Made by a program: the position numbers and the translations under genes
DNA from: Octopus sinensis
Lineage: Eukaryota
Assembly (NCBI RefSeq): GCF_006345805.1
Contig: NC_043005.1
Coordinates: 36,208,001 to 36,272,000 of the forward strand
Direction: 5' to 3'
Length of the DNA: 64,000 bases
Notes under the pieces: model-generated
What the model was told of the DNA's origin: nothing
The model's input: only the letters and a program-made list of their open reading frames with translations
Database searches by the model: none
In this document: positions 12,592 to 25,335 of the stretch, in pieces
How the letters are laid out: each line of letters opens with the position of its first letter
Numbering within the stretch: the first letter of the stretch is position 1

Positions 12592-12634
<43 letters not shown>

Positions 12635-13588
12635 GTATATATATATGCACACAGATGCACACACACACAAGTGAACTTTTGATTAGTGAAAATATGTTTG
12701 TGTCCTATTTTAACTTCTATAGTCATAATAGTATATATGTTCATACATATAAACACATACGCACACATACATATAATGTATGTATAAGTGTGCGAGCCTG
12801 TGAATGTGGAATATGTGTATATGTGTTTATGTCCTTATGTCCTCTTATATGTGGACACAAGCATGTGAGAGAGCTCTTACAAAGAAATTATGACGAAGAT
12901 AACGAAGGAAGGTGACATCACCTTGGAGTGGATTCCTTCATTAGTTCCTTTCAAGTAGGATAACTAAATTCTATCACCACTTATTTGATCAGCAGCCGTC
13001 GAACCAAGATGGGTTTCGAATCTTTGGGAAGATAGTTTTAATGAATGTAATAGTTCCAGTTAAGTGCCTGTTTTTGCTATAAGCGTTTGGTACCAAATTG
13101 ACAATCGACTATCCAGTATTAGAGAGAGAAAGAGAAAATAAAAAGACCGAACAAAAAGCAACATAAATACAAACAAACAAACAGAATATAAAATCCCGAA
13201 TTCACTGAAGTTAAACCATTATAAATTTTAATATTGTCAAATGTAATCCTGTATCAGTCTCAACATGCCGAAACTAACGAACCTCGGTAACCTTTGAGTA
13301 CAGCATGACGTCTTAGATCACGTGATGTACTACTCCGCTGGTATGCTCTCAATGAAGGCCATCATTCAACGAGATGTTAGCAGCAATACGTGTACAATCT
13401 ATATACAACACCGCAAACATCTTTACCACCCCCCCAGGTTTCCGTTATTTTCCCCCTACCCACCCACCATACTTGTTGTTTTATTGCTTATCACTCATCC
13501 TTCTCCTCCGCTCCTTCTCTCTCATTTAATCTCTGTACCGTCTGTTTATATCGTTTCTTTTCCAGCTCGTTCACTCCACTTCCCACCA

Positions 13589-13652
<64 letters not shown>

Positions 13653-13776
13653 TCCTTCTTTCTTGCTTTATTTCTTTGTTTGTTTGTTTCTTTCTTACCT
13701 TCTTTCTTTCTTTCTTTCTTTCTTTCTTTTTTTTCTATTTCTTTCTTCTTTTCTCTCTCTTCTATTTTTTTTTTCT

Positions 13777-13813
<37 letters not shown>

Positions 13814-15019
13814 TCTTTCTTCACTTTCTCAATCTTCCTCTGTCTGTCTGTCCCTCTCATTCTTATTTTCATTCAATATTTTCGTTCGCCCCTATAGGCT
13901 ATTATTTTCTTCTTTCTTCTGGTCTCTCTCTTCCCCTCTCATTCTCTCTCACACACTAGCGAACGTTCTTTCTCTCTTTTCCTTTTTAACTATCTCACAC
14001 TCTCACACCTCACTCTCTTATACAGTATTTCTCTATCTTTCTTGCATAGATAGAAACACATACATAAATACAATCTCTCACACACTTTCTTATATTGTGT
14101 ATCTCTCTCTCTCTCTCTCTCATTCACAGAGAAACGCACATACACAAACATACTCTCTCTTTACTGAGCGTGTGTCTCTCTTGCATACACGCTCTCATTG
14201 ATTCTGTGTGCAACACTCTTTTACACACACACACACACACACGCGTGCACACACACACATACACACGCACACACACACACTCTCTTTAATTCATATTGTT
14301 TTGTCCTTACTCTATATTTTTCCCTCCCTCACTCTAATTCTTCTTCCTTCTTTCTCACTCAATCTTTCTCCCTCACTGTTCCCTTATCTTACTCTCTTTT
14401 CTCTTTTTCACTAATCTCTCTCTCTCTCTCTCTTTCCTGTGTCTCTCTTCCCTCTCTCATATTGTGTTTCTCTCTCTCCTCTCTTCATCTCTTTCTCTAC
14501 ATCACAATACTTTTCGCCCCCTCCTTCCCTCTCTTTCTATCGTAATGTTTCTCTCTCTCTCTCTCACACACACACACATACCACACACGCCGTCTATCTT
14601 TCACCCTCCTTCGCTCTAATTCTCCTCCCCTATTTCCTTTCTCTCTCTCTCTCTCTCACTCTCCCTCTCACTTATAAGCGTTCTCCCTCACTTCACCCTC
14701 AACCTCATTCTCATTTCCTACCCCACCACAACTCTTTCATCCTCCCCTCTTCTTCTGATCAACATCATCTATTTATTTCCATTCTCCTCATCCGTTTCAC
14801 CATTGAAGTCGAAATATTATCTGCCATCAAAGATCTTTCTCGATTAATCACGACCCCTATCCGAATCCCTGATCCTGTTTTCTGCCATGCGCAAAGGGAC
14901 CTTTAACCTTTGCCTTGAGGAATTCTTCCCGAATCTACTCCATTGATTGTGTGTGTCGGTTAATTTTACTAACCGGTTCATTTGTCATTGTTATATCTCT
15001 GGTTAATGTCGGTACACCT

Positions 15020-15050
<31 letters not shown>

Positions 15051-15790
15051 ACTACCACTACCACTACCACCACCACCACCACCATCATCATCTCATGTAT
15101 CACCACCAACACCAACGGCAGCTACTATTATTACTATCAACACTGCCACTAACAATCACTACCATCACCACCATCACCATCACCACCACCACCACCACCA
15201 CCACCACTATTACCATCATCACTACCACAACCAATCAAACACCACCATCACAAATAACCTATCACCACCACAACTACTACTATCACTACCATTATCAGCA
15301 TCATCATCATCATCATCGTCATCGTCATCAGTAGCAGCAACAGCGTTACCACCACCACCGCCACCACCATCACCACCACTACTGCCACCGCCATCACCAT
15401 CACTATTGCCGTCAACACCACTACCACCATCACTGCCGCCACCACCACCACCAGCACTACTTCAATTACTACTACTACTTCTACTCCCACCACCACCACT
15501 ATCAGCATCATTCCCATCATTCCCCACCACAACCGACCAACCAACAACAACACCCCCCCCACCACCCTACCCCCAACTACCCCCCCCCCACCAAATGCCC
15601 ATTAAAAAACACGAACAAAATCAGAAATCAGAGCAATTCACCTCCGGAAGTATGGAAACGACACTACTACTACTACTACTACACACACGCACGCACACAC
15701 GCACACACACAGACACACACACACACAGACACACACACACACACACACACAGACACACAGACACACACACACACACACACACAAACGCTT
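12375..15790. repeat. Low-complexity block: (TA)n, (TTCT)n/(CT)n, (CA)n, (CAC)n/(CAT)n/(CTA)n
   Basis: Directly visible; interspersed with short unique stretches at 12900-13420 and 14700-15010. Confidence 0.9.
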
Positions 15791-15879
15791 TCCTTGTAAA
15801 TTCATCCGTTTGAAGCTTGTGTCTTACATCTAACGTTCGTACTAACAACATCAAAAACTACTCCAAACAATGAACATTT

Positions 15880-16090
15880 GCGTGGTCACTTGACCTGTTA
15901 GAAATAACAGTTAAATCTCCTTCGATACACGCTACCAAATTAGAAAAGGGATACGTTGGATTATATGATTCTGGGTTCACTGTACATAGGAAAAAGACAG
16001 AATGGTCACGGCTAGATTGTTTTTGGTTATATGTCTAATCGACCAGCGTAACCTAAAGCTGGACAACAAAAACAACAACTAACAACAACC
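15880..16090 (+). mobile_element. Additional SINE-like repeat (family D), decayed
   Basis: cacttgacctgttagaaataacag...gaatggtcacggct...aacctaaagctggacaacaaaaacaac; related pieces at about 6710-6790, 16460-16510 and 33190-33270. Confidence 0.55.
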
Positions 16091-16889
16091 ACTTACTACG
16101 GCGCAAAAAAAAATGCTCCGCGTCATCATTCTATTTTTTCTTTTTAGAAATAACAGCTAAATCTCTCAAATGACACCCTGCAGTTTTAGGAAATTAAAGA
16201 ACGCACTGGACAATTAGGTTCTACTCCTAACAAGGCAGAATCATCATGGATTAGAAAAACTTTGAAGTGAGAGAATGTTGTCAACTTCATGTGACAGTCC
16301 CACGAAAGGGGAAAATGCTACTGTTATTTAGCCCTAGGAAACACCGTTTCCTGTTGGACTTGACAAATTTCCTGTGTCCTTATATTTTCAAAGTGGAGAC
16401 AAGCACCTCCACTCAGCAAAGCCAGCGTCCAGAGACTAGTTTCAGAGTCATTGCTCATCATAAGTCTGCTTAAGTAGGGTAACCATGGGGCTAAAAAGAC
16501 AACAGCTACACCTACTACCACCGTTATCGCTAACGTCATCGCCAAGGTGCTCATTTCATTTTGAAGGATTAGCTTGTTGCTACAGCACACTCTAATTTTG
16601 TCAGTTCAAGCCGCTACAGATTCAAACAATCCCCAAATACCCAGATAATATTGTAGGACTTCAGAACACTATTATACATCAGCTTAAGAATACGGCCCTT
16701 TCAACCCAGGTCATACACTTACAAAACGTACATATACACAAAAGCAGTAGTACCATCAGTTATGAATGGAAATGCAAGTCTTTACATTAGGGAAGTTAAA
16801 CATGTAATCTACTGTAGTGTTTAGTCTGGCAACCGGATCCAAATAAAGGCAAAATAATTGTATTTTAATAATAACCATTTCTGAAGCGA

Positions 16890-17665
16890 CTAGGTGGCAG
16901 AAACGTTAGCACGCCGGGCGAAATGCGTAGCCGTATTTCGTCTGCCGTTACGTTCTGAGTTCAAATTCCAACGTGGTCGACTTCACCTTTCATACTTTCG
17001 GGGTCGATTAAATAAGTACCAGTTACACACTGGGGTCGATATAATCGACTTAATCCGCTTGTCTGTCCTTGTCTGTCCTCTCTGTGTTTAGCCCCTTGTG
17101 GGTAGTAAAGAAATAGGTATTTCGTTGGCTGCTACGTTCTGAGTTCAAAATTCCGATGAGGTCGACTTTGCCTTTCATCCTTTCTAGGTCGATAAATTAA
17201 GTACCAGTTGCGTACTAGGGTCGATCTAATCGACTGGCTCCCTCCCCCCAAATTTTAGGCCTTGTGCCTAGAGTAGAAAATAATAAAATTCCTTTCTATT
17301 ATAAGCACAAGGCCTGAAATTTCGGGGGAGGCAAAGTCGACTTCGGCGGAATTTGAACTCAGAACGTAGCAGCAGATAAAATACCGCTAGGTATTTCGCC
17401 CGGCGTGCTAACGATTCTGCCAGCTCGCCGCCTTATGTTTTAATAATAATAACAATAATACTTTCTCCTATAGCGACGAGGCCTGAAATGTAGGTGGATA
17501 GTCGATTACATCGACTCAGTACTCATCTGGTACTTATTTTATCGATCCCGAAAGTATGAAAGGCAAGGTCGACCTTGGCGGAATTTGAACTCAGAACGCA
17601 AAGACGGACGAAATGCCACTAAGCATTTTGGCTGGTGTGCTATCGATTCTGCCAGCACGCCACCT
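16890..17665. mobile_element. Cluster of family B SINEs: plus-strand dimer followed by two minus-strand copies
   Basis: Plus copy with the central domain repeated twice (16890-17283), then reverse-complement copies at about 17290-17435 and 17460-17665. Confidence 0.85.
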
Positions 17666-17670
17666 TTAAT

Positions 17671-18177
17671 AATAACCTCAAGCTGTATGCTGCAAATAAT
17701 AAACAGCTGGAGGCATTGCCACAGATAGTGCATAAATAACCTTGAAAAGAGGAAAATTAATAACGATATCACACTAAATAGAGTAAATGAAATAAGAGAA
17801 ATAGACGGAACCCAGACATACAGATACTTAGAAATCAATGAACCAGATACAGTACACCATACACAAATGAAAGAAAAGAAAAGAAAAGAAAAGAAAAGAA
17901 AGGAATATTATTGAAGAATTAGGTTAATATTTACATAAAGGCTCAATGTGAAAAATAAAACAATAGTCATCAATAGTCATCCAGCTGTCATAAGCTACAT
18001 TTACAATATTCTTAACTGGATAGGCGTAAGTGGTAAGTAGCTTGCTTGCCAACCACATGGTTCCGGGTTCAGTCCCACTGCGTGGCACCTTGGGCATGTG
18101 TCTCCTACTATAGCATCGGGCCGACCAAAGCGTTGTGAGTGGATTTGGTAGATGAAAACTGAAAGAAGCCCGTCGTA

Positions 18178-18253
<76 letters not shown>

Positions 18254-18960
18254 TATAAGTATATGTTTGTCCCCCAACATCGCTTATCAACCGATGCTGG
18301 TGTGTTTACGTCCCCGTAACCTAGTGGTTCGGCAAAAGAAATAAGTACTAGGCTTACAAAAAATAAGTCCTGGGGCTCGATTTGCTCGACTAAAGGCGGT
18401 GCTCCAAGCATGGCCACAGTCAAATGACTAAAATAAGTAAAAGAGTGAAAGAGGATACTACATGAATTAGCCAAACTAACAGTAAACCAAGAAAAATAAT
18501 GGCAGAATTTAGAATACATCACTCAAAATCTGATATAGAAAGGATATATATATACAACAAATTGAAGGTGTTAGAGGCCTTATACAACTAGGAAACTAGT
18601 ATAAAATATACACCATAGAATTACAGAAATATCTAATACAGAACCAAGGAAAACTGGTACAAACAGCCACAAAATATGAGCAAAACATAAAAGTGTATTC
18701 TATCTTCAAGAAAGCTGAAAAATAGAAGAAAGAGGTTTGATACGTGACAACAATAAAGATAAAGAAGAAACATCAAAAGCTGTAAAGCGACTAAAATCTA
18801 GGCTAAACCTGGACCTACAACATAAAACGATAGCAAAATAAGCCCTTACATGGAAAATACATTCGTTCAGAAGATCGAGTTTCAATGAAGCCTAAGGATA
18901 TTTGATTGCAGCACAAGATCAAAACCTCCCCACCAGAAACTGTCAAAGACATAAAGACTA
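17671..18960 (+). mobile_element. R4/Dong-like (REL-endonuclease) LINE RT remnant, interrupted by a SINE
   Basis: Degenerate translation: NNLKLYAANNKQLE, QTYRYLEINE...TQMKEK, ISYIYNILNW|ILHELAKL, HHSKSDIERIY, RGLIQL, KPLHGKY, GYLIAAQDQNLPTRN. Several stops and frameshifts. Confidence 0.85.
18023..18452 (+). mobile_element. SINE family A inserted in the LINE
   Basis: Full-length copy flanked by GGATA at 18018-18022 and 18453-18457; removing it restores the LINE frame NWILHELAKL. Confidence 0.9.
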
Positions 18961-19460
18961 GAAGTAGAATAAGTAACTACAGAAATGCATCAACACTGCA
19001 ACCACCACCAACAAAACTTTGATCAAACGCGATTCTCTCGTGATATCCCCGCTTCTTTTTCTTTTACAAATAGTGCATCCTGCCTTATATTATCCAATAT
19101 GTTTTCTAATTTTTAAAACTCAGAAAGGTGTGGTTTAAGAAACATTAGACCGTTATATTTATCAGATCGAATGACCAAGTAGAAGTCTTCTAGTTGGTTA
19201 GAGTACATCAATGTATTTACTTTGACAGAGCTGCCGCTGTTTATAGTGATATCGTAACCTGTTGCGACTTGTGATGCTGAACAGAAACAAATACTTGGTT
19301 ATAGAGTGTCGGTGACAGGAAACAGGCCTAGATATACTAAGCCCACTTGATATATTTCTAAAGGGAGTCCTTCCAACAGGAAAGCATCTTTCTGAAGAAT
19401 CTGGTTGTGGTTATACTATTCTTGAGATGAAACATTTACCAGGCTGTTAAACCATCGTAC

Positions 19461-19612
19461 CACAGCCGTCACTTGCAAGTGAGTATAGTTCAGTTGCACG
19501 AATCATTCTTTCGTTGTTTTCAATGCCTACGTAGTCGTGAGCAGGCGTAGAGACCGTGTTGCCCCAACCCTTCTCCTGCCCTTGACCTAGCGGAACTTTG
19601 AGGTTGAAACAT
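19461..19612 (-). CDS. Candidate minus-strand exon (unidentified)
   Basis: Acceptor tctctgctccccag, 152 nt open as 1 nt + CFNLKVPLGQGQEKGWGNTVSTPAHDYVGIENNERMIRATELYSLASDGC + 1 nt, moderate donor G|GTACGA. Confidence 0.2.
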
Positions 19613-19697
19613 CTGGGGAGCAGAGATAGATAGATAAATAGATAAACAGATAGACAGATAGTAAGAGAACATATATATATAATATATATATATATAC

Positions 19698-19741
<44 letters not shown>

Positions 19742-20530
19742 GTACCAGTATTCTGGTGAAGTGTGAAATATAGTGCCTTTATTTAGGATACAAGGCATCG
19801 TCTGGTGCAGAAATTGAACCCATGGCCTTCCGATTGTGTGCCCTTGTATTTACGCTCATGCGCTTTGTTAGTTTCTCTTATATTCTGCATTCAGATGATT
19901 TCAGTTCATATTTTTAATGATTTGCAGGCACCACACCATAAAATACTGTTAAAAAGTCATATGCGCTTTCTTTCTGTCCTAAGAGAACACAAAAAAATTC
20001 CTTCAACGTACATTTCCATTTAGGAAGAATAACAATGCATCATTATGGAATATTAAAATTTCAAGAATTTATTTAGATTTTATGTGGGACTGAAGGTAAT
20101 GGCGAAGTCAAGCTAAGAATTCTCTTAGAAAAATCTAAAAGTATTCTAACAATATATACAGAGAATTTTAGAAACCCATTAGAAAATGAGTTCACTCAAC
20201 AAGCTTCACGGATTTATATAATTTCTTTGTATTTTCGGGTAATTAAGAAGTTTTGTTGAAGTAAAATTTCTTGAAATCGTGTATCCGTGTCTCAGTGGAA
20301 ACTAAATACCCCTGGTTCTATCTACCGATGTTATATGGCTGTCTATCTACCTGGCTGTCAGTCTGTCTTCTTGTCTGTCAACCGGTCTGTTTGTCAGTCG
20401 AGTGATTTATTGTTGTATATATGTATGTATGTATCTATGTATATGTTATGTGCATACATATATTTATATAGGTACAATATAATTTATATATATATGTATA
20501 TATATATAATATATATATATATAGATATAT

Positions 20531-20586
<56 letters not shown>

Positions 20587-20755
20587 TATGTGTGTGTGTA
20601 TATATATGTAAGTATGTATATAAAGAGTATAAAAGGGATAAATTATCCTGGTGGATACCGAATTATCTCATAAAATGATATAGATGCAGGCTATCCAAAA
20701 CACTCAAATTCATTCACAAGTATAAATAGATATTGGGTATTTGTACATATATATT

Positions 20756-20813
<58 letters not shown>

Positions 20814-20978
20814 CTCAGATCAAAACAGTTTGATTCAGTCTCCTTGGTACTCTGAGTTTCAAGCGTGGCTAGTCTTCGGTCGTTGGCCTCTACACATTAC
20901 ATATACACACACATATACATATATACATATATATGTAATTAATGAGACGGAAGATAGAAGATACGAAAATCTTTATTG

Positions 20979-21084
20979 ATCACTACAATCGTTTCGACCC
21001 ATCTAGCATTGATCCTTCGCGGATAGGATACTGCACAACTAGTTTACGTGCATCTCTCGGTGTATGTGTGTCTTCTCAGGTGAT
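20979..21084 (-). ncRNA. Degenerate hammerhead-like motif with long stem II insertion
   Basis: Minus: ATCAC-CTGAGAA-GAC...(about 70 nt)...GTC-GAAA-CGATTG-T-A-GTGAT. Stem I pairs over 5 bp; the core has an indel. Confidence 0.4.
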
Positions 21085-21703
21085 TTCAAAAGGCATCTCG
21101 TTAAAATAAACAGTTTCGCACAACTTATTACTGCCTGCTTTCTTCTTCGTCTTTGTAGGTAGAGATGGCAAATTAAAGGATATTGCTTCATTCATATAGA
21201 AGAGCAATGACTGAGATCAGATACAAAAAGAAACATACACAATACAGCGAAACGAATTATTACATATAACCGTCAGTAGATATGGATGTACAAACGCCTA
21301 CACATAAGTGGGCTGGCGCACGTACACACGTCCGTACAAACGCACACGCACATACAAACACACGCGCGCGGGGTCTGGCGCACTTACACACGATCGTACA
21401 CAGAATTAAGTAGATATTAGTAAAGTTGGTGCCGATTAATGGCCAGTGGTACGATGTTGCTTCGTGTTGAGTCACACATTCTGTGCCGCACTCCACTGGG
21501 TCACATTAACATGCGTCTTTAGGCGCATATTCGTGGGTTTATACACGCATACATGCGCTTAAACAGATATCTACATCAATATAAGTGTATACTGATTGGC
21601 ACTTAGACGTATGCAATTGTGGGTGGATACGAAACCATGTATGTACCGATAGATAAATTAGACACATAGACACATGAATGTTATGGTTATGTATGTATGT
21701 ATG

Positions 21704-21737
<34 letters not shown>

Positions 21738-22024
21738 TGTATGTATGTATGTATGTATGTATGTATGTATGTATGTATGTATGAATGTGTGTATGTATGT
21801 ATGTATGTATGTATGTATGTATGTATGTGTGTGTGTGTATGTATGTATACATATAAGAAATTGGAATGACAAAGGAAATAGATAATCTTATGAATATCAT
21901 TAGCTTACAGCCGTTTCTGTTGTAAGGTGCAATGCAGTCATGGTTGACTGCTTGAGTATGACCCTATAGCTTCATCGGTACTTCAAACATGTTTATTTCC
22001 CAACCATATATATATATATATATC

Positions 22025-22246
22025 TTTAGTTTACCCCACGGGGGCTAAACACAGAGAGGACAAACAAAGACAAATGGATTAAGTCGATTACATCGACCCT
22101 AGTGTGTAACCGGTACTTATTTAATCGACCCCGAAAGGATGAAAGTCAAAGTCGACTTCGGCGGAATTTGGACTCAGAACTTAACGGCAGACAAAATAGC
22201 GCTAATCATTTTGCCCGGCCTGCTAACGATTCTGCCAGCTCGCCTT
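22025..22246 (-). mobile_element. SINE family B
   Basis: Reverse complement of the family B head, central domain and tail. Confidence 0.85.
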
Positions 22247-22311
22247 ATATATATACATACATATACATACACATATATAAATACACACATACACATACAT
22301 ATGTATATATT

Positions 22312-22345
<34 letters not shown>

Positions 22346-22352
22346 ATCAATC

Positions 22353-23024
22353 AATTAATCAATATAAGGGTAGCAAAAAAATTCAAGAAAAATTCAAGAA
22401 TAATTTTCTGCAACCAGCGGTCAAGTGAGAAAGTAGAAATAGTCACAGACTATATAATATATTCAACAATAATATTAAGGAATGACCCTGACAGGCCGTT
22501 CAACTCACTTGAAAAGAGCAGCTAAACTCAAACCGCAAAATAGTAGTAATTCTGAAACTAAAGGAGAAATAAAAACATTTATCCCCTTCAACTTTGTACC
22601 ATGCATGGTTTCAACATTTTTTACGTAATCGAATTAAATTAAATTAAATTAAATTAAATCTGTTTACGATTGGCTTGTCTCATCAGCAAAGTCGCCAAAG
22701 AAAAGGAAAATATATACACACGAGGCAGCACGATCGAAGCCTCGAGTTTATATATCCTAAATTTTCGTAATCCACCGTAACCGCGCCATCTACTCAGCAG
22801 CAAATATAAACTGCTGATACAATTTCAGAATTAGTCAAAAAAATCATTAATTAATCAATATAAGGGTAGCAAAAAAATTCAAGAAAAATTCAAGAATAAT
22901 TTTCTGCAACCAGCGGTCAAGTGAGAAAGTAGAAATAGTCACAGACTATATAATATATTCAACAATAATATTAAGGAATGACCCTGACAGGCCGTTCAAC
23001 TCACTTGAAAAGAGCAGCTAAACT
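22353..23024. repeat. 176-bp direct repeat pair (22353-22528 and 22849-23024) around a 320-bp spacer
   Basis: aattaatcaatataagggtagc...gagcagctaaact occurs twice with no mismatch seen by eye. Confidence 0.9.
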
Positions 23025-23069
23025 TTGCGTCAAAAACCATTTTAGTTATTTGATACATATATATATATG

Positions 23070-23100
<31 letters not shown>

Positions 23101-23166
23101 GTAGGTCCCGGGTTGATTCGGGGTTAACCACAGTAAATAAGGTACTCATACATAGCAGAGTAAATT

Positions 23167-23292
23167 TAATTTATTATATAGAAGGAGCTTCTACAGGACT
23201 AGAACTGTTTCATTCAAGAGAAATCTTCAGGAAGCTTCCTGAAGATTTCTCTTGAATGAAACAGTTCTAGTCCTGTAGAAGCTCCTTCTATA

Positions 23293-23302
<10 letters not shown>
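23167..23302. repeat. Perfect 136-bp palindrome with no spacer
   Basis: Arms mirror exactly about AAG|CTT (centre 23234/23235); the right end runs into (TA)n. Confidence 0.95.
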
Positions 23303-23361
<59 letters not shown>

Positions 23362-23668
23362 TATATATGTATGTATATATATGTATATATATACCCTCCT
23401 TCTTCCATTTTCCTGAGCGCCTAATAATAATAATACTGTAATTGTTCCACGTGTTGTTGTTTTTTCTGTTTTCCCGTTTGGATTAACCTTATATGCATGT
23501 ATTTATATATATATGTATCGAATAACTGAAATGGTTTTTGACGCAAACTCAAGTTTTATGTTCAAGTAAAGATATCTCTCAATATTAAGTGCTTTCAATT
23601 GCTAAGCCTATCAACAAAGGAACAGTATGTTTGTATGAACAGTACACTAATACATATTTCTATGGAAG

Positions 23669-23702
<34 letters not shown>

Positions 23703-23912
23703 TATATATGTATGTGTGTGTGTGTGTATGTATATGTATATATATATATATATATATAAATAAATACATACACATTATATGCGTATGTATATTTATATAT
23801 GTATCTATCTATACATTTACGTATATGCATGTGTTTGAACAGTATATGTATGTTTGTGTGAACAGTATAGTAATACATATGTCTATGGAAGATATATATA
23901 TATATGTATATA

Positions 23913-23952
<40 letters not shown>

Positions 23953-24234
23953 AATACATACACTTTATATACGTATGTAATTTTATGTATGTATCCATCT
24001 ATGCATCTATGCATATGCATGTGTGTGTGTATCTATATGTGCATGTATATAAATAATTAGATCTCTAAATGTTTGTTTTTTTCTTGTAGCTATATACAAT
24101 TAGGTCATATCTGTGTATGCATGTGTGCATATGTGTGCATGCGTGATTATGTGCATAAGTGTGTGTGTGTGTTTGCGTCGTATGTGTGTGTGTGCGTATT
24201 TATTCATGTGCATGTGTAAGTGCATTTTTTGCTA

Positions 24235-24430
24235 AGAAGTTAGTACCTTGCGGACATCTTTGTGCAGTTTATGATGACGTGGTTGATATCTTCCACACTT
24301 CTAGAACATAATCAACATTTTCTGTCATAATGCACAAATTTCGAAACTTTCTTATCTTTTTTATTCATCAGGTGTTTTGTAACGATCTCCTCAGTAGCAA
24401 AGGGGGCATTTCCTCCCTTCAAAGAGGCAC
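24235..24430 (-). mobile_element. R2-group (R4-like) LINE fragment, CCHC zinc-knuckle region
   Basis: Minus: FATEEIVTKHLMNKKDKK...RKC*LCSRSVEDINHVIINCTKMSARY (CxxC...H...C). Confidence 0.75.
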
Positions 24431-24924
24431 GTGTTGTATTTAACACATGCCCAGTAAAGTACACTTTTCACGACAATATCGTTGGCACCTGCGTTTGAAT
24501 CCCACGCTACTGTATCTAGCACTTACTTATATGTAGGGCGTGAATATATGCATATATGTATATACATACATACATGTATGTATGTATGTATGTATGTATG
24601 TATGTATGTATGTATGTATGTATGTATGTATGTATATATGTATGTATGTATGTACATATATATATATATATATATATATTATGTAAGTATGTATGTATGT
24701 ATGTATGTATGTATGTATGTCATTATTCAGTTTTATTTCAAAATGTCTTGCCAATAGAGAAACTGCTGGTATCTAACCTAGATCCAAGTCGCCTTTATTG
24801 GAATTTTAACATCAACATCAGGGTATTTTTGTATGTATGTCTGTATGTTTTATGTATGTATATGTGTGTGTGTGTGTGTGTATGTATGTATGCTTGCAGT
24901 TTTGTTTAATGAATGTCTTTTCAT

Positions 24925-25160
24925 GCATATACTTGCATATCTAGACAAGGTCATACTTAAACTTCTGAAAGTTTTACAGATCTTTACAGTTCCAGTGATT
25001 GCTTGGATCGGTAGTCTTCGAATTAGTTTCTTTTCTTTCTGGTTTTGAGAAGTCTAATTTCTCAAGATTGGCATTTAGGCAATGTGTTACACACCTCAGT
25101 GTCCCAGTAATTATAGATATAAACCTGAACTTTTAATCCGGATACAGTAACTGCAGATTT
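24925..25160 (-). mobile_element. R2-group LINE fragment, REL endonuclease C-terminus
   Basis: Minus, one frameshift: KFRFISIITGTLRCVTHCLNANLEKLDFSKPER/KLIRRLPIQAITGTVKICKTF. Confidence 0.7.
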
Positions 25161-25218
25161 CTCAATAGTTCTGTATGTATGTCTGTATGTACGTATGTGT
25201 GTATGTACATACATATTC

Positions 25219-25290
25219 AAGTCTGAGATTCGAACGTGCGATCCCTCGACCGTGAGTCCACTGCTCTAGCCACTAGGCCATGTGTCTCCG
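25219..25290 (-). mobile_element. tRNA-derived SINE head (family C)
   Basis: Minus: catggcctagtggctagagcagtggactcacggtcgagggatcgcacgttcgaatctcagac with A- and B-box. No complete cloverleaf. Confidence 0.65.
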
Positions 25291-25292
25291 TA

Positions 25293-25335
<43 letters not shown>

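Noticed and set aside
16324-16590. 88-aa ORF with a TM-like stretch
   Set aside because: The hydrophobic part derives from a decayed trinucleotide tract followed by a family D SINE tail (tttagcccc...agcagac.tatgat).
21159-21200. Strong acceptor that could supply a terminal exon (VEMAN*)
   Set aside because: It lies at the edge of the Penelope-like repeat at 20950-21150, so the pyrimidine tract is probably repeat-derived.
24372-24500. Strong plus-strand acceptor with a 41-codon open frame
   Set aside because: It is the antisense of the R4-like LINE zinc-knuckle fragment.
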